Shown here: positions 10,372 to 20,544 of the stretch, in pieces
How the letters are laid out: every line of letters begins with the position of its first letter
How positions within the stretch are numbered: position 1 is the stretch's first letter
From: Nitrosopumilus sp.
Lineage (GTDB): Archaea > Thermoproteota > Nitrososphaeria > Nitrososphaerales > Nitrosopumilaceae
Length of the DNA stretch: 64,000 nucleotides
Direction of reading: 5' to 3'
NCBI GenBank assembly: GCA_965219345.1
Contig: OZ244732.1
Span: 1,664,001 to 1,728,000, forward strand
Notes under the pieces: model-generated
Told to the model about the DNA's origin: nothing
The model's input: the letters and a program-made list of their open reading frames with translations, nothing else
Databases searched by the model: none
Translations under genes and position numbers: made by a program

Positions 10372-10527
10372 TTATGCTTTAAATTTCTTGAGACCTTCAC
10401 TCACAACTAAATTCAGTACATGTGAGAAGCTGATGGATTTAGGGGAAGTTCTGATCATCTTTGCTTGAATGTTACGAAGTTTCTCAACATTTGTAGTATT
10501 CAATACAATGGTTATTCTGTCTCCCAT
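10372..10527 (-). CDS. Small ribbon-helix-helix-like protein, 51 aa (not in ORF track)
   Basis: Hand translation MGDRITIVLNTTNVEKLRNIQAKMIRTSPKSISFSHVLNLVVSEGLKKFKA. Confidence 0.7.
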   Translation of the reverse strand: MGDRITIVLNTTNVEKLRNIQAKMIRTSPKSISFSHVLNLVVSEGLKKFKA

Positions 10528-10626
10528 AGATTATTTACGTTAATTTGCTATAAAAGGAAGATCACATATTCCTACTGCTCAGATACACATTGGGATTTAT
10601 ATCAGAATAATTTACAGTATTGCATA

Positions 10627-11094
10627 ATGCCAAAAGGTAGATCAAGGTATTGGAAGCTCACATCAGATGAAATGGGCGGGTTTACGTATGATGAAAGTAA
10701 ATTGTTAAACTGGGAAATTAAATGTGTTAGAGAACCAGAAGAAGAAGCTCACTTTATTGGTGTTTTCATGTATAGGCATGGTACTGCATTTGACTATGAA
10801 TCAGTAAAAGGAATATGTTATTTTTACAACAATATCGATAGAAAAGAGCTTCCAGCAATCACTAGTTTTCTTAAAGGAAAATTCAACGGCAAAGAGATGG
10901 AGAAGGGAGAAAGAGTCTTCCTTAAAGATTCAAAAGAAATCTACTCCAGCAAAGACATTGGAGAATTGGCAAAGGAAATGGAAACAAAATTCAATACAAA
11001 GGCTGTTATTTCTTTAGAGTTTGAGAATTTAACTGCAGACCAACTCAAAGAAGCAGGACTGCCAGAGGGAAAATTGTTACCAATTCCCACATAA
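10627..11094 (+). CDS. Conserved thaumarchaeal hypothetical protein
   Basis: Likely start is ATG 10627 (MPKGRSRYW); the longer TTG extension overlaps the divergent small gene. Confidence 0.75.
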   Translation: MPKGRSRYWKLTSDEMGGFTYDESKLLNWEIKCVREPEEEAHFIGVFMYRHGTAFDYESVKGICYFYNNIDRKELPAITSFLKGKFNGKEMEKGERVFLKDSKEIYSSKDIGELAKEMETKFNTKAVISLEFENLTADQLKEAGLPEGKLLPIPT

Positions 11095-11124
11095 TTGATA
11101 TAGCTTAAAGCACAAAGATATTAG

Positions 11125-11916
11125 ATGTCAGAGTTAGAAGGAATAAATCGCCATCTCGAAGAGTTAAGAAAGAGATTACTTAGAATTGTACTAGTTATTG
11201 GTATCATTACTGCATTTATTCTAACTTTTCATGCAGAACCAATTCAAATAGGACAAATTACTTTGTACTATCCATTGCCTGAACCACTAAACAATATTGC
11301 TGCACAAATTACTAACCACATGAAATTCAATCTTGTTCCAGAAGATGTTCAGTTAATTCAAACAGCCCCAGGACAAGCTTTCTTTGCTCAAGTATACATT
11401 GCAGCACTTGTAGGAATTGTGGTTGGAATGCCAATTATTATCAAAGAGTTAGTTGGATTCATCAAACCAGCACTAAAAGAAAATGAAATCAATGTTAGTA
11501 GAAGCATATCACTTCCAGCATTAGGGCTATTTATTGCAGGTTGTGTTTTTTCTTACAATTTTGTAATTCCATATATTTTAGAATTTTTGTATAGATATGG
11601 CGAATCTGCGGGGCTTGTAACTTTTCTGAACATAATGGATTTTGTGACTTTTGTTTTACAATTTTTGTTAGCGTTTGGGTTTTCATTTCAGCTTCCACTT
11701 GTAATGTACGCGATATCTGTATCAGGAATGGTAGATTCAGACTTTTGGAGAAAGAATATCAGATATGCAATTGTAGTTATTGTGATCTTTGGTGCAGTGA
11801 TTACTCCCGACGGAAGTGGTGTAACCATGTGGTTTATTGCAGTTCCAATGATTGTTCTTTACGTCACAGGCATGATAATAATTGAGCGTCAAGAACGCAA
11901 AAAGTTGAACACTTAA
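11125..11916 (+). CDS. tatC: Twin-arginine translocase subunit TatC
   Basis: HLEELRKRL, FIKPAL, FQLPL, ITPD motifs; six TM helices. Confidence 0.95.
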   Translation: MSELEGINRHLEELRKRLLRIVLVIGIITAFILTFHAEPIQIGQITLYYPLPEPLNNIAAQITNHMKFNLVPEDVQLIQTAPGQAFFAQVYIAALVGIVVGMPIIIKELVGFIKPALKENEINVSRSISLPALGLFIAGCVFSYNFVIPYILEFLYRYGESAGLVTFLNIMDFVTFVLQFLLAFGFSFQLPLVMYAISVSGMVDSDFWRKNIRYAIVVIVIFGAVITPDGSGVTMWFIAVPMIVLYVTGMIIIERQERKKLNT

Positions 11917-11943
11917 ATCTAAAATCAACGAACTTTATTCAAT

Positions 11944-12123
11944 ATGCTTGGAAGTACTGAAATTATTGTATTGGTTGTGGTAATTGGTGTATTAATTTTT
12001 GGTGCAAAAAAGATTCCAGAATTAGCAAAAACCTTTGGTAAAGCAAAGGGAGAATTTGAGAAAGGAAAGATCGAAGGCGACAAAGAACTCAAAGACTTTA
12101 AGGATAAAGTAAAATCTGACTAG
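11944..12123 (+). CDS. tatA: Twin-arginine translocase subunit TatA, 59 aa (not in ORF track)
   Basis: MLGSTEIIVLVVVIGVLIFGAKKIPELAKTFGKAKGEF; directly downstream of tatC. Confidence 0.93.
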   Translation: MLGSTEIIVLVVVIGVLIFGAKKIPELAKTFGKAKGEFEKGKIEGDKELKDFKDKVKSD

Positions 12124-12548
12124 TTCTCAGCAATTTTTGCAAAATCATCTAAAATTTTGGCATAATCTTCTTCAAACTTGTTTTTTTCAAACATGCTTGA
12201 CATCTTCATCTTCCCGTTTAGTTTCAAATCTACATCAACCACAACTCTGGTTCCTTCCGAAATTTCAATAAATTGTTGCTTGATATGGCTTCCCTTGGCA
12301 TCACCGCCAATAACAAAAACCTCATGCAATACAGGTTCTTCAGTAACATGCTTTGCCATAAGTACCAGTTCTTTATCTCCAAGATTCATGTGCTCCTCTA
12401 CAACTGAGGTATTTCCTCGAACTGAACGTACTCGAATTGATGGAAAATGTTGAGGAATTAATTTCTGATAGTTTTCATAATTTGATAATATTTTAAAGAC
12501 AGTTTCTCTTTTTGCATTGACAGTTTTTTTTAAAGAAAACTTTGACAA
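12120..12548 (-). CDS. SRPBCC/polyketide cyclase-like protein
   Basis: V.A.RE.VF..LSNYENY...IP pattern. Confidence 0.75.
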   Translation of the reverse strand: MSKFSLKKTVNAKRETVFKILSNYENYQKLIPQHFPSIRVRSVRGNTSVVEEHMNLGDKELVLMAKHVTEEPVLHEVFVIGGDAKGSHIKQQFIEISEGTRVVVDVDLKLNGKMKMSSMFEKNKFEEDYAKILDDFAKIAEN

Positions 12549-12555
12549 CAGTAAT

Positions 12556-13113
12556 TTAGAATGTACCCCATCGAGGGTATAAGTCGTGCTCTATGCCAAA
12601 CTGGTCCAGGCACTTTCCCACCCCATGATTAACAATATCATCAATTGATTTGGGTTTTGTGTAAAACTCTGTAACGGGCGGTAAAATTACAACCCCCAGT
12701 CTAGATAACTTTAACATGTTTTCTAAATGGATTGCAGAAAGTGGGGTCTCTCTTGCCATCAAAATTAATTTTCTGGATTCTTTTATTGTTACACCTGCTG
12801 CTCTTGCAATCAATGTATCATCATATCCATTTGCAACTGCAGATAATGTTTTCATGCTACATGGTAGAATAATCATTCCATCAACTCTATGAGTTCCGCT
12901 TGAAACACTTGATGCCATATTTTTTTCATCTGAAGTGTTTGTTGCAAGTGATTTCACATAGTCAACTGTATATTCAGTTTCCATAGAGATGCATTTTTCA
13001 GCCCACCCAGACATTATCAAGTGAGTTTCAACGTTTAGCTTTTTTAGAATCTCTAACATTCTAATTCCATAAATTGCTCCAGTACTGCCAGTAATACCAA
13101 TGACTAACTTCAA
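12556..13113 (-). CDS. ubiX: Flavin prenyltransferase UbiX
   Basis: GITGSTG, SSG, PCSMKTL, RETPL motifs. Confidence 0.95.
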   Translation of the reverse strand: MKLVIGITGSTGAIYGIRMLEILKKLNVETHLIMSGWAEKCISMETEYTVDYVKSLATNTSDEKNMASSVSSGTHRVDGMIILPCSMKTLSAVANGYDDTLIARAAGVTIKESRKLILMARETPLSAIHLENMLKLSRLGVVILPPVTEFYTKPKSIDDIVNHGVGKCLDQFGIEHDLYPRWGTF

Positions 13114-13168
13114 TAATTAATCTTGGAAAGTGCAGTATTTTATGTGTTAGATAGAAGAGAGCATAATA

Positions 13169-13318
13169 CTAAGGATTTTGCGCCTCGTCATTCTCTGCAG
13201 ACTTTTTCTCTAACTCTTTTCTTGCTTTTCTTCGTTTAAGCCACAAAAAAATTCCAGCTGCTGCCATTACAGGTAGTAAAATTACTCCTACCAGCTGTAA
13301 TTCAAAATGATAAAACAT
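13169..13318 (-). CDS. Small single-pass membrane protein, 49 aa (not in ORF track)
   Basis: MFYHFELQLVGVILLPVMAAAGIFLWLKRRKARKELEKKSAENDEAQNP: TM helix plus basic stop-transfer segment. Confidence 0.6.
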   Translation of the reverse strand: MFYHFELQLVGVILLPVMAAAGIFLWLKRRKARKELEKKSAENDEAQNP

Positions 13319-13416
13319 ATCTGAAATCAGATATTAATTAAAAAAAAATCTTGTGATTTACGCCTATTAAATAAATTGAAAATTAGCTATATTAGATCCC
13401 ATAATGTGGGAATAAT

Positions 13417-14508
13417 GTGATCAAGAGTTCTGAGATAAAGAAGATAGTAAACAACTATTCAGATGTCAGGATAGGAGTTCTTGGCAGTCACTCGGCATTA
13501 GAAGTGATGGATGGTGCAAAAGATGAGGATTTCCAGACTAGTGTTTTTTGTCAAAGAGGAAGAGAAGGACCATATCAGAGATTTGCAAGGATTGCAGACG
13601 AGATCATAGTGTTAGATAAATTCAAAGATATGGCTTCAGCCAAAATTCAAAAAAAGTTGCTTGAGTCAAATACAATCATAGTTCCACATAGATCACTTAC
13701 TGTTTATCTAGGTTACAAAATAATAGAGAACACATTCAAAGTGCCAATTTTTGGAAATAGAAAATTATTCCAAGCAGAAGAGAGAACTGCAAAAAAAGGC
13801 CAGTACTATCTTTTAGAGAAATCTAGAATAAAATACCCTAAATTATTCAAAGACCCAAAAAGAATTAACAGACCTTGTATTGTAAAGGTTCAAGAAAAAA
13901 ATAGACCACTGGAAAGAGCATTCTTCACTGTTTCATCTTACAAGGATTATAAAGAAAAATCAGAAGCAAAAATCAAACAGGGCGTTATCTCGAGAAAGGA
14001 TCTAGAAAAATCAAGCATCGAAGAATTAGTAATAGGAACATACATGAATTTTAACTTCTTCCATACACCAATTTCAGACCAAGTTGATTTTATTGGAATT
14101 GAAAGAAGATTGCAAACGAACATACACGATTACAATGCACTTCCTGCAAAACAGCAACTAGACATTAACATAGATTTACAAAATATTGAGGTAGGTCATA
14201 CGCCTGCAAGCATTAGAGAATCACTGCTTGAAAAAGTAATCAAGATGGGAGATAAGTTTGTAGCAGCTGTCAAAAAAGAGTATGCTCCAGGAATTATTGG
14301 GCCATTCTCACTTCAAAGTGTAATTACAAAAGATTTAGAATTAATAGTATATGATGTATCGTTACGAGTTCCTGGAAATCCAATAGTAGCAACCACAAGC
14401 CCTTACACAAAATATCAATATGGTAAGACCTTTGGCGTGGGTAGAAGAATCGCAATGGAGATTAAGCGAGCCCAAGAAGAAGATCGTCTTGATGAAATAG
14501 TAACATAA
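13417..14508 (+). CDS. purP: PurP-family ATP-grasp ligase (archaeal purine biosynthesis)
   Basis: GSHSAL..DGAKDE.F.T, VPHRS, VPIFGNR, GRRIAMEI motifs. Confidence 0.88.
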   Translation: MIKSSEIKKIVNNYSDVRIGVLGSHSALEVMDGAKDEDFQTSVFCQRGREGPYQRFARIADEIIVLDKFKDMASAKIQKKLLESNTIIVPHRSLTVYLGYKIIENTFKVPIFGNRKLFQAEERTAKKGQYYLLEKSRIKYPKLFKDPKRINRPCIVKVQEKNRPLERAFFTVSSYKDYKEKSEAKIKQGVISRKDLEKSSIEELVIGTYMNFNFFHTPISDQVDFIGIERRLQTNIHDYNALPAKQQLDINIDLQNIEVGHTPASIRESLLEKVIKMGDKFVAAVKKEYAPGIIGPFSLQSVITKDLELIVYDVSLRVPGNPIVATTSPYTKYQYGKTFGVGRRIAMEIKRAQEEDRLDEIVT

Positions 14509-14701
14509 TGGTACCTAATAAATCCAAAAATATATTTCCGGTAAAAATTGTCTATTTTTGTTAATTGGCTAGATTGAGAAATATATTGAATACTCAACGT
14601 TTTGGCTCAAATAATTAAAACGGTTTGATGTTTGAGACAAAATTGCTGGATGCCAATTGACAATACAAACTCTTTTTTGACCAATTAAGATTCAAAGAAT
14701 A

Positions 14702-14962
14702 ATGGGTAGAACTATCTTCATCAAAGAGATCATAATCATAGGAAAAGAACCCAGACTTTGTCCCACTTGTGAGAAAGAAGACAGGTTAGAAAAAGAAATC
14801 GTTAGAGAAGAAAGATCTGGTGGAAAAACAATTCTCTGTTCTCGTTGTGAAGCATTAATCATAATTACAAATCATAATCTCAAGGAAGTAGAATTATCAT
14901 CACAAAAAGATGATATTATTATGCTAAAGGAACCTTATCTGATTAGAAAAGTGACATATTAG
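14702..14962 (+). CDS. Small zinc-ribbon hypothetical protein
   Basis: CPTC...CSRC. Confidence 0.7.
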   Translation: MGRTIFIKEIIIIGKEPRLCPTCEKEDRLEKEIVREERSGGKTILCSRCEALIIITNHNLKEVELSSQKDDIIMLKEPYLIRKVTY

Positions 14963-14988
14963 TTTTCAGCTTTTACAATAAATTCCTG

Positions 14989-15426
14989 TTATGCTTCCAT
15001 AGTTTTTTTGAGTAAATTTTTTCTAACAAGAATTGGAATATTATAAAATGATGCAAGTGCCATGGCATCAGATGCACGATAGTTTCTCAATACAAGGTCT
15101 TTTTTGCCGGTAAAGTATAGATTTGCTCGTAATACTTCACCACTCTCATAGATTTTTACTTTGACTAAAATCAATTCGTTTTCTTCACAAATCTCTTCAA
15201 TCATCTTGTAGATTGAGGGTACTGGCTCTCCTTCATTTTCATCAAAACTTGAGATGTGTCTTACAACTTCACCAGAAAAGGCCCTCATGTGAAATTCTTT
15301 TCCATTATCAGCCTTTAGAACAACCATTCCTTCAACAGCATAAGGATCAACGAATCCAATGTAATCAATTTTGACTGATTCATAGTCAGGCTCTTGTGCT
15401 TGATCAATATTCATTGTATTACGCAT
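14989..15426 (-). CDS. Bifunctional nuclease domain (DUF151) protein
   Basis: RASDAMALA....PI.V motif. Confidence 0.8.
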   Translation of the reverse strand: MRNTMNIDQAQEPDYESVKIDYIGFVDPYAVEGMVVLKADNGKEFHMRAFSGEVVRHISSFDENEGEPVPSIYKMIEEICEENELILVKVKIYESGEVLRANLYFTGKKDLVLRNYRASDAMALASFYNIPILVRKNLLKKTMEA

Positions 15427-15553
15427 AAACTTCAGGCTCAGTGTTTATAAACATAGCAAGAACTGAGATCAAATTGCAAAAAGATCGGAAGGTAAATTAT
15501 TTTTTAACAATCAAGACTACTGGTTAACCCCAAATTATTTAAAATCCCTAACT

Positions 15554-17380
15554 ATGGTTAGCTTAATGTCAACAAATCCAGAACGTGCAGTTTCATATGT
15601 TCTGAGCAAGTATGTCACGCAATACATGGACAAGGATATACTTATTCTTAGTCCGAGTATACAGACTAGCGAAGCAGCTAGAATGTTGCATCGTTATGAA
15701 ACAGATGACATTATTATTGCCGATAAAGATGGCGTTCCAGTTGGAATTGTCACAGATGAAGACATTCTAAGCAAAGTTAGTGATGTTTCAGTTTACGCCG
15801 AAGCTACTACATTAAAAGAAGTCATGAGCACTCCACTTGTTACAATTAATGAAAAGGCAACATTACAAGATGCTTTGCATAAAATGAGAGACAATGACAT
15901 CAGAAAACTTCCGGTTATATCAAAGAAAAACAAAGTTGTTGGAATAATCTATCAGACAACTATTGCAAATGTAATTAGAAACGCCACTGCCACTACTCCC
16001 CGCCTTTTGAGTCCCCCTGTAAAGGCAGTTCTTGGCAGTCTAGGTTTTGTTTTACAGTTTGCAGGAGTTTTGTTGCTTGTACCTGCTCTTGTTGCAACAG
16101 TTTTAGAGGATACAGTGATTGCCACGGGAATTTATCTGACTACAGTTCTTTTGTTAATTACTGGATTTTTTCTAAACTCTTATGGCGAAAAATCTAGCCT
16201 CAATTTACAGCAGGCATCAATTCTGGTCTTTGCCAGTCTATTTTTGCTATCATTATTCGGAACTGTTCCATATCTATACGTATTTCCAAGTGTCGAGAGT
16301 GATGCAGAGGTCTTTGGAAATGCTTTCTTTTCAAGTGCTGCAGGATTTACAACTGGGGGCATATCCCTATTTGATGAACCAGAGGAACTTTCTCAGAGTT
16401 TTACCTTCTATCGTAGCTACACACAGCTTGTAGGAGGTATGAGTTTCATTTACTTGGTAATTACAGCATTTTATCCAGAGTCAAAACTACAATCGATGCG
16501 GGGTTTCATATCAGGAAGAACACTTCACATGAAGGAACTTTTCTTAACCATCACAGTCATTTTTTCAATTTACATTGTAATTGTTGCAACCCTTTTGTAT
16601 TTCTTGGGTGAAAGAGACATACTTGATAATTTTTCATTGGCTATGAGCACTCTTTCAACAGGTGGATTCATTCCTACATCGACAATTCTTGAAGATTTAC
16701 TTTGGCAGGAACACATAGTCTTAATGGGTGCAATGATACTTGGAGCATTGCCATTTACATTCCATTATGCATTCGTTAGAAAAAAATTCCTTTCACCAAA
16801 ACTTGGAAAGGAAGTTCTAACATACTTTGCAATTTTAGGTAGTGCAACTGTTTTGTTTGTAGCAGTTAGTGGATTAGATCCTTTGGAAAGTGTTTTTTAT
16901 TCCGTGTCAGCTAGTACCACTGCAGGACTTCAGCAAGACAGCCTTACAGGACTCAATGGTGGAGCTTATACTGTTTTGATAATTTTGATGTTTATTGGAG
17001 GATGTGGATTCTCAACTGCCGGTGGTTTGAAAATATTTAGGCTATTCCACTTGAAAGATGTAACATCACTCTTCAGTAAAATAAAAAGGGCAGAACTATC
17101 AACCCAAGCAAAAAAAGAAGTTATTTCTACTTTAATTATTTTGGCACTATTTCCTACCATTGCAGCAATTACAGGATTACATCTTGCAGCAATAGAGGAA
17201 GTACCATTCCAAGAGGCATTCTTTGAAGCAGTTGGAGTTATTACAACTGGCGGTCTATCAGCAGGAGTAATTGACTCTGATACAGATTCTGCGACAAAAA
17301 TTGTTCTAGGATTTTTGATGATATTTGGTAGATTGGAGATAATTGCAATTATCTACATCTTTGTTCCTAGACTTAGCTAA
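15554..17380 (+). CDS. trkH: TrkH-family cation transporter with N-terminal tandem CBS domains
   Basis: Two CBS motifs (VGIVTDEDI, VGII); four pore loops FTTGG, STGG, TTAG, TTGG; MFIGGCGFSTAGGLK and GRLEI. Confidence 0.9.
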   Translation: MVSLMSTNPERAVSYVLSKYVTQYMDKDILILSPSIQTSEAARMLHRYETDDIIIADKDGVPVGIVTDEDILSKVSDVSVYAEATTLKEVMSTPLVTINEKATLQDALHKMRDNDIRKLPVISKKNKVVGIIYQTTIANVIRNATATTPRLLSPPVKAVLGSLGFVLQFAGVLLLVPALVATVLEDTVIATGIYLTTVLLLITGFFLNSYGEKSSLNLQQASILVFASLFLLSLFGTVPYLYVFPSVESDAEVFGNAFFSSAAGFTTGGISLFDEPEELSQSFTFYRSYTQLVGGMSFIYLVITAFYPESKLQSMRGFISGRTLHMKELFLTITVIFSIYIVIVATLLYFLGERDILDNFSLAMSTLSTGGFIPTSTILEDLLWQEHIVLMGAMILGALPFTFHYAFVRKKFLSPKLGKEVLTYFAILGSATVLFVAVSGLDPLESVFYSVSASTTAGLQQDSLTGLNGGAYTVLIILMFIGGCGFSTAGGLKIFRLFHLKDVTSLFSKIKRAELSTQAKKEVISTLIILALFPTIAAITGLHLAAIEEVPFQEAFFEAVGVITTGGLSAGVIDSDTDSATKIVLGFLMIFGRLEIIAIIYIFVPRLS

Positions 17381-17415
17381 GATAGGATTTAATTTCATAA
17401 AAAAAGTTCTAAATC

Positions 17416-18246
17416 ATGAAAGATCAATCATCTAAGAGTACAAACTCCGGAAGGAACATGATTGTTTTTGGATTTGTAATAATTACAATACTTTTTTTGC
17501 TTTATCACAGATATCAGGATCCAGAGATAATTACACCTGATGCACTAAATTCAATACAAAGAATTGCCTATGGATTTTACATAACGCTTGCTGCAGCATT
17601 TGGTGCTATTGCTTTTGGCATGTATAGATATCACAAGGAAAAAGTTGTAAACAAAGGAAAGGGACTAACAACAATAATTGCGCTGACAACATGGAATTCA
17701 AAATCACGTAAAATCTTTGTTGCCACATTTATTGGATATGGTTTATTCTTTTCACTAGCATCAGGTACACTAGTCTATCAGCCTGAAGTTAACTTTGCAA
17801 TTCATTATGGTGCAACAATTCCTTCTGGTTTTATTGCACCATGTTGTGATAGTCCTGGATACATGCCAAAGATAATTATCTACTTGACAGAACATGTAGG
17901 TTTGCAGATAATTCCAGTTAATTTAGTATTACAAGTGGTTGTGTCATATCTAGTTGGATTGAACGCGTCAATTGCTGCCAATGCTTATGCAATTTTAAAG
18001 AAAGGAAGTGGGATAAGCACTATTGGCGCAGCTACAGGACTTTTCATTGCATGTCCAACTTGTGCAGGAACACTTCTATCAATATTTGTTGGAACTGCAA
18101 GTGGAATTGCATTATCAATTGCGTTAACACAATTACAGACATTATTTATTGCGATATCAGTCCCAGTGTTAGTTATTACACCATATCTTATGGCGAGGAA
18201 ATTACGAAACACCGATGGCAGTTGTAAAATTGTTCCTACAAATTAA
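17416..18246 (+). CDS. Hypothetical multi-pass membrane protein
   Basis: Several TM helices; PCC and CPTC motifs. Confidence 0.75.
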   Translation: MKDQSSKSTNSGRNMIVFGFVIITILFLLYHRYQDPEIITPDALNSIQRIAYGFYITLAAAFGAIAFGMYRYHKEKVVNKGKGLTTIIALTTWNSKSRKIFVATFIGYGLFFSLASGTLVYQPEVNFAIHYGATIPSGFIAPCCDSPGYMPKIIIYLTEHVGLQIIPVNLVLQVVVSYLVGLNASIAANAYAILKKGSGISTIGAATGLFIACPTCAGTLLSIFVGTASGIALSIALTQLQTLFIAISVPVLVITPYLMARKLRNTDGSCKIVPTN

Positions 18247-18488
18247 ATTTTTTGACTTCAGGAATCCTGTGATTTCCGATATCGCATCCATCACGTCTTA
18301 GATACTTGGGAGTTAGCTTGTAAATTAGCTCATCATGATCAACTTGTGTCAGTATTTCAGTCCATAGTACTTCCTTTTGCTTCAATTTGTTTTTTAAAAT
18401 CAGGATTCATGGGTTCAGCAATGTCTATGCACTGATCAAAAGTTTTCCCATTTTTGTAAGCACGAGCATGTCTATCACAACTATCCAT
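18236..18488 (-). pseudogene. Frameshifted small hypothetical gene
   Basis: MDSCDRHARAYKNGKTFDQC...EAKG continues in another frame as VLWTEILTQVDHDELIYKL...EVKKFNL. Confidence 0.55.
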
Positions 18489-18567
18489 AATCAAATATTC
18501 TTGAAATTCTAAATAAACCTAGTTTGAGGGTGTGTCAAACAAATACTAGAGGAGGAGATTAGGAATA

Positions 18568-18801
18568 ATGGGCATACAATCAGCCTTTGAATATGTGGAT
18601 TTTTTCATTAATCTCAATATGGGAGAAAATGTGAGCTTACTGAGTTTTGTTAACAATGAAAAAATAGTGCTCAAACAAAAACTAGAATACAAGAATTTAG
18701 AAAAAGAACCAATTCAGAAAGGAGTAGAAATTTTGGAAAAATTAGTAAGAGAGATTAATGAGATTGGAGAAAAAGCAGTACTAGAAAAATATCAAAAATA
18801 A
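18568..18801 (+). CDS. Hypothetical protein
   Basis: 77-aa ATG ORF with host-like codon usage. Confidence 0.65.
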   Translation: MGIQSAFEYVDFFINLNMGENVSLLSFVNNEKIVLKQKLEYKNLEKEPIQKGVEILEKLVREINEIGEKAVLEKYQK

Positions 18802-18819
18802 TTGCTAGGAGATAACCAA

Positions 18820-19386
18820 ATGGATAAAAATTTAGGAATAATTAGAACTGAGATCATCAGAATTCTTAACGAAAATGGAAAAATACGTGGAACCGAACTT
18901 GCCAAACGAGTAATAGAAAAAGTTGGTAATGAAAAAATGGTTTACAGAGAAATCAGTGCACTTGTTGAAGCAGGAGAAATTGAAAAGAAAATCCACAGCC
19001 GGTCTCACATAGAATATGAGTTGATCAATTTATCAGAATCAGTTAACAGTCAACTCAAAAATATCCACAAGGAAATTGATATAATTTTTAATGAAATTGC
19101 TAATTTTGATATCAGTAGTAAAGAAGAAAAATTTTCTTCCCGGGAAAGATTAAGATCAATCATCCATCTTATTCACATAGTACAGTCAACGGATGGAGTA
19201 ATGAAATTACTGTCTTATTATCCCGCATTCAAAAAAGACAAAATGTTCTCACAGATTAACAGAAAGATAAATGATTGTTGGCAAGCAATCATGAACACAA
19301 TTGCACATCAACCAGAAGATAATTTCATAAATGAAATTCTTGCAAACTTGAGGATATTGCAGTTTGATTCAAAGAATGTAAATTAG
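18820..19386 (+). CDS. Winged-helix-containing hypothetical protein
   Basis: EIIRIL..NG.IRGTEL....VYREISALVEAGEI pattern; ATG at 18820. Confidence 0.7.
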   Translation: MDKNLGIIRTEIIRILNENGKIRGTELAKRVIEKVGNEKMVYREISALVEAGEIEKKIHSRSHIEYELINLSESVNSQLKNIHKEIDIIFNEIANFDISSKEEKFSSRERLRSIIHLIHIVQSTDGVMKLLSYYPAFKKDKMFSQINRKINDCWQAIMNTIAHQPEDNFINEILANLRILQFDSKNVN

Positions 19387-19659
19387 AATTTTTTTAGTTT
19401 CTCTACAACAATTCTAAAAATCTCATCATTATCTGGCAATACATAAGGAAGATTATTTTCTTCACACGCCTGACCACTCTCCGTGTCCCGTGTAACTAGT
19501 ATCATGTCATTTTCTTGGGCATAACTTATCACAGAATAGTCAGTTCTGAGTTTATGACCATCCATGCGCGCATCTTCTTAACACTATATGCATCATATCC
19601 TAACTCCTTGAGTTTTTCATCTAAACCATCATCCATCCCATAGATTAAAATTTTTATAT
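19383..19659 (-). pseudogene. Frameshifted PIN-like (DUF5615/Mut7-C-like) gene
   Basis: KILIYGMDDGLDEKLKELGYDAYSV joins MDGHKLRTDYSVISYA...ILVTRD across a 2-bp shift at GCGCGC (~19566-19571). Confidence 0.6.
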
Positions 19660-19731
19660 AATTGCATGATTTTACTTTAATATTAGTATAAACAAAATGA
19701 TCAAGTACTTATTTTCAATAAAATAACAGTT

Positions 19732-19968
19732 TTGATGGATGTAAAAGAAGAAGACAAATCGGAAGAATCCAAAAAGAATCATCTTACATACTATAAATCA
19801 CTAACCAAAGTAATTTTTGATTTTCAAGAAGAAAAAAATCAAGTGGTAGACCCCACAATCAAAAATCATCTAGATGGGAGAATTAATGCTGTTGAGAGAG
19901 ACAGAAAAAGGATTAGAGAAATGTTTCCAGATATTACAAAAGAGGAATGGGATGTCTACACCAACTGA
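19732..19968 (+). CDS. Hypothetical protein
   Basis: 78-aa ORF with host-like composition. Confidence 0.65.
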   Translation: MMDVKEEDKSEESKKNHLTYYKSLTKVIFDFQEEKNQVVDPTIKNHLDGRINAVERDRKRIREMFPDITKEEWDVYTN

Positions 19969-20158
19969 AAAAAACCATAACAAACATCTCGACTTACTTC
20001 AAGACTACAAGTTACACTTGATAACATATGTCCAAGAATTAGAAAAGATGGATGAACAATCAGAATTTGCAAAAAAATGGAATGAGACTACCATTAAAGA
20101 AAGAAAGGAAGAGATTCAAGTGGTTGACAAGATTCTAAAAAACCTAGTTAGATTCTAG
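19952..20158 (+). CDS. Hypothetical protein
   Basis: Likely start MSTPTEK at 19952, overlapping the upstream stop. Confidence 0.6.
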   Translation: MSTPTEKNHNKHLDLLQDYKLHLITYVQELEKMDEQSEFAKKWNETTIKERKEEIQVVDKILKNLVRF

Positions 20159-20508
20159 TTATGATATTTCTGCGTCAAGTCATAGAGACTTGAACAAAAT
20201 TCATCAGTATGTTCAGGCGATATGTCATTAAACCAGGCAAGTTCTTTGTTAACATTAAAGCCCTGAAAATCTGACTTTGAGTTTAACTTTGTAAACTCTA
20301 TTTCATTTTTGATTAGTTTTGTAATTTCTTCTTGTTCTTGATTTGAAAATTCATAATTACATGTCATCAAATCAATCTGAACATAATATTTTTTATTTCC
20401 GGGATTAATCCTTGCCTTGATAAACGGCTTGTTTAGTTGCTTACATTCTCTGTAGTGCCTATCATACTCAAACATCTTTGAGTCTCCAAGATATTTGTGA
20501 AATGTCAT
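20155..20508 (-). CDS. Hypothetical protein
   Basis: 117-aa ATG ORF. Confidence 0.65.
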   Translation of the reverse strand: MTFHKYLGDSKMFEYDRHYRECKQLNKPFIKARINPGNKKYYVQIDLMTCNYEFSNQEQEEITKLIKNEIEFTKLNSKSDFQGFNVNKELAWFNDISPEHTDEFCSSLYDLTQKYHN

Positions 20509-20544
20509 TATGTTTAGAAATTAATGAGATTATCTAAATTTTCT

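Noticed and set aside
10465-10626. N-terminal extension of the 209-aa ORF
   Set aside because: Overlaps a plausible divergent small gene and promoter; ATG 10627 is the better start
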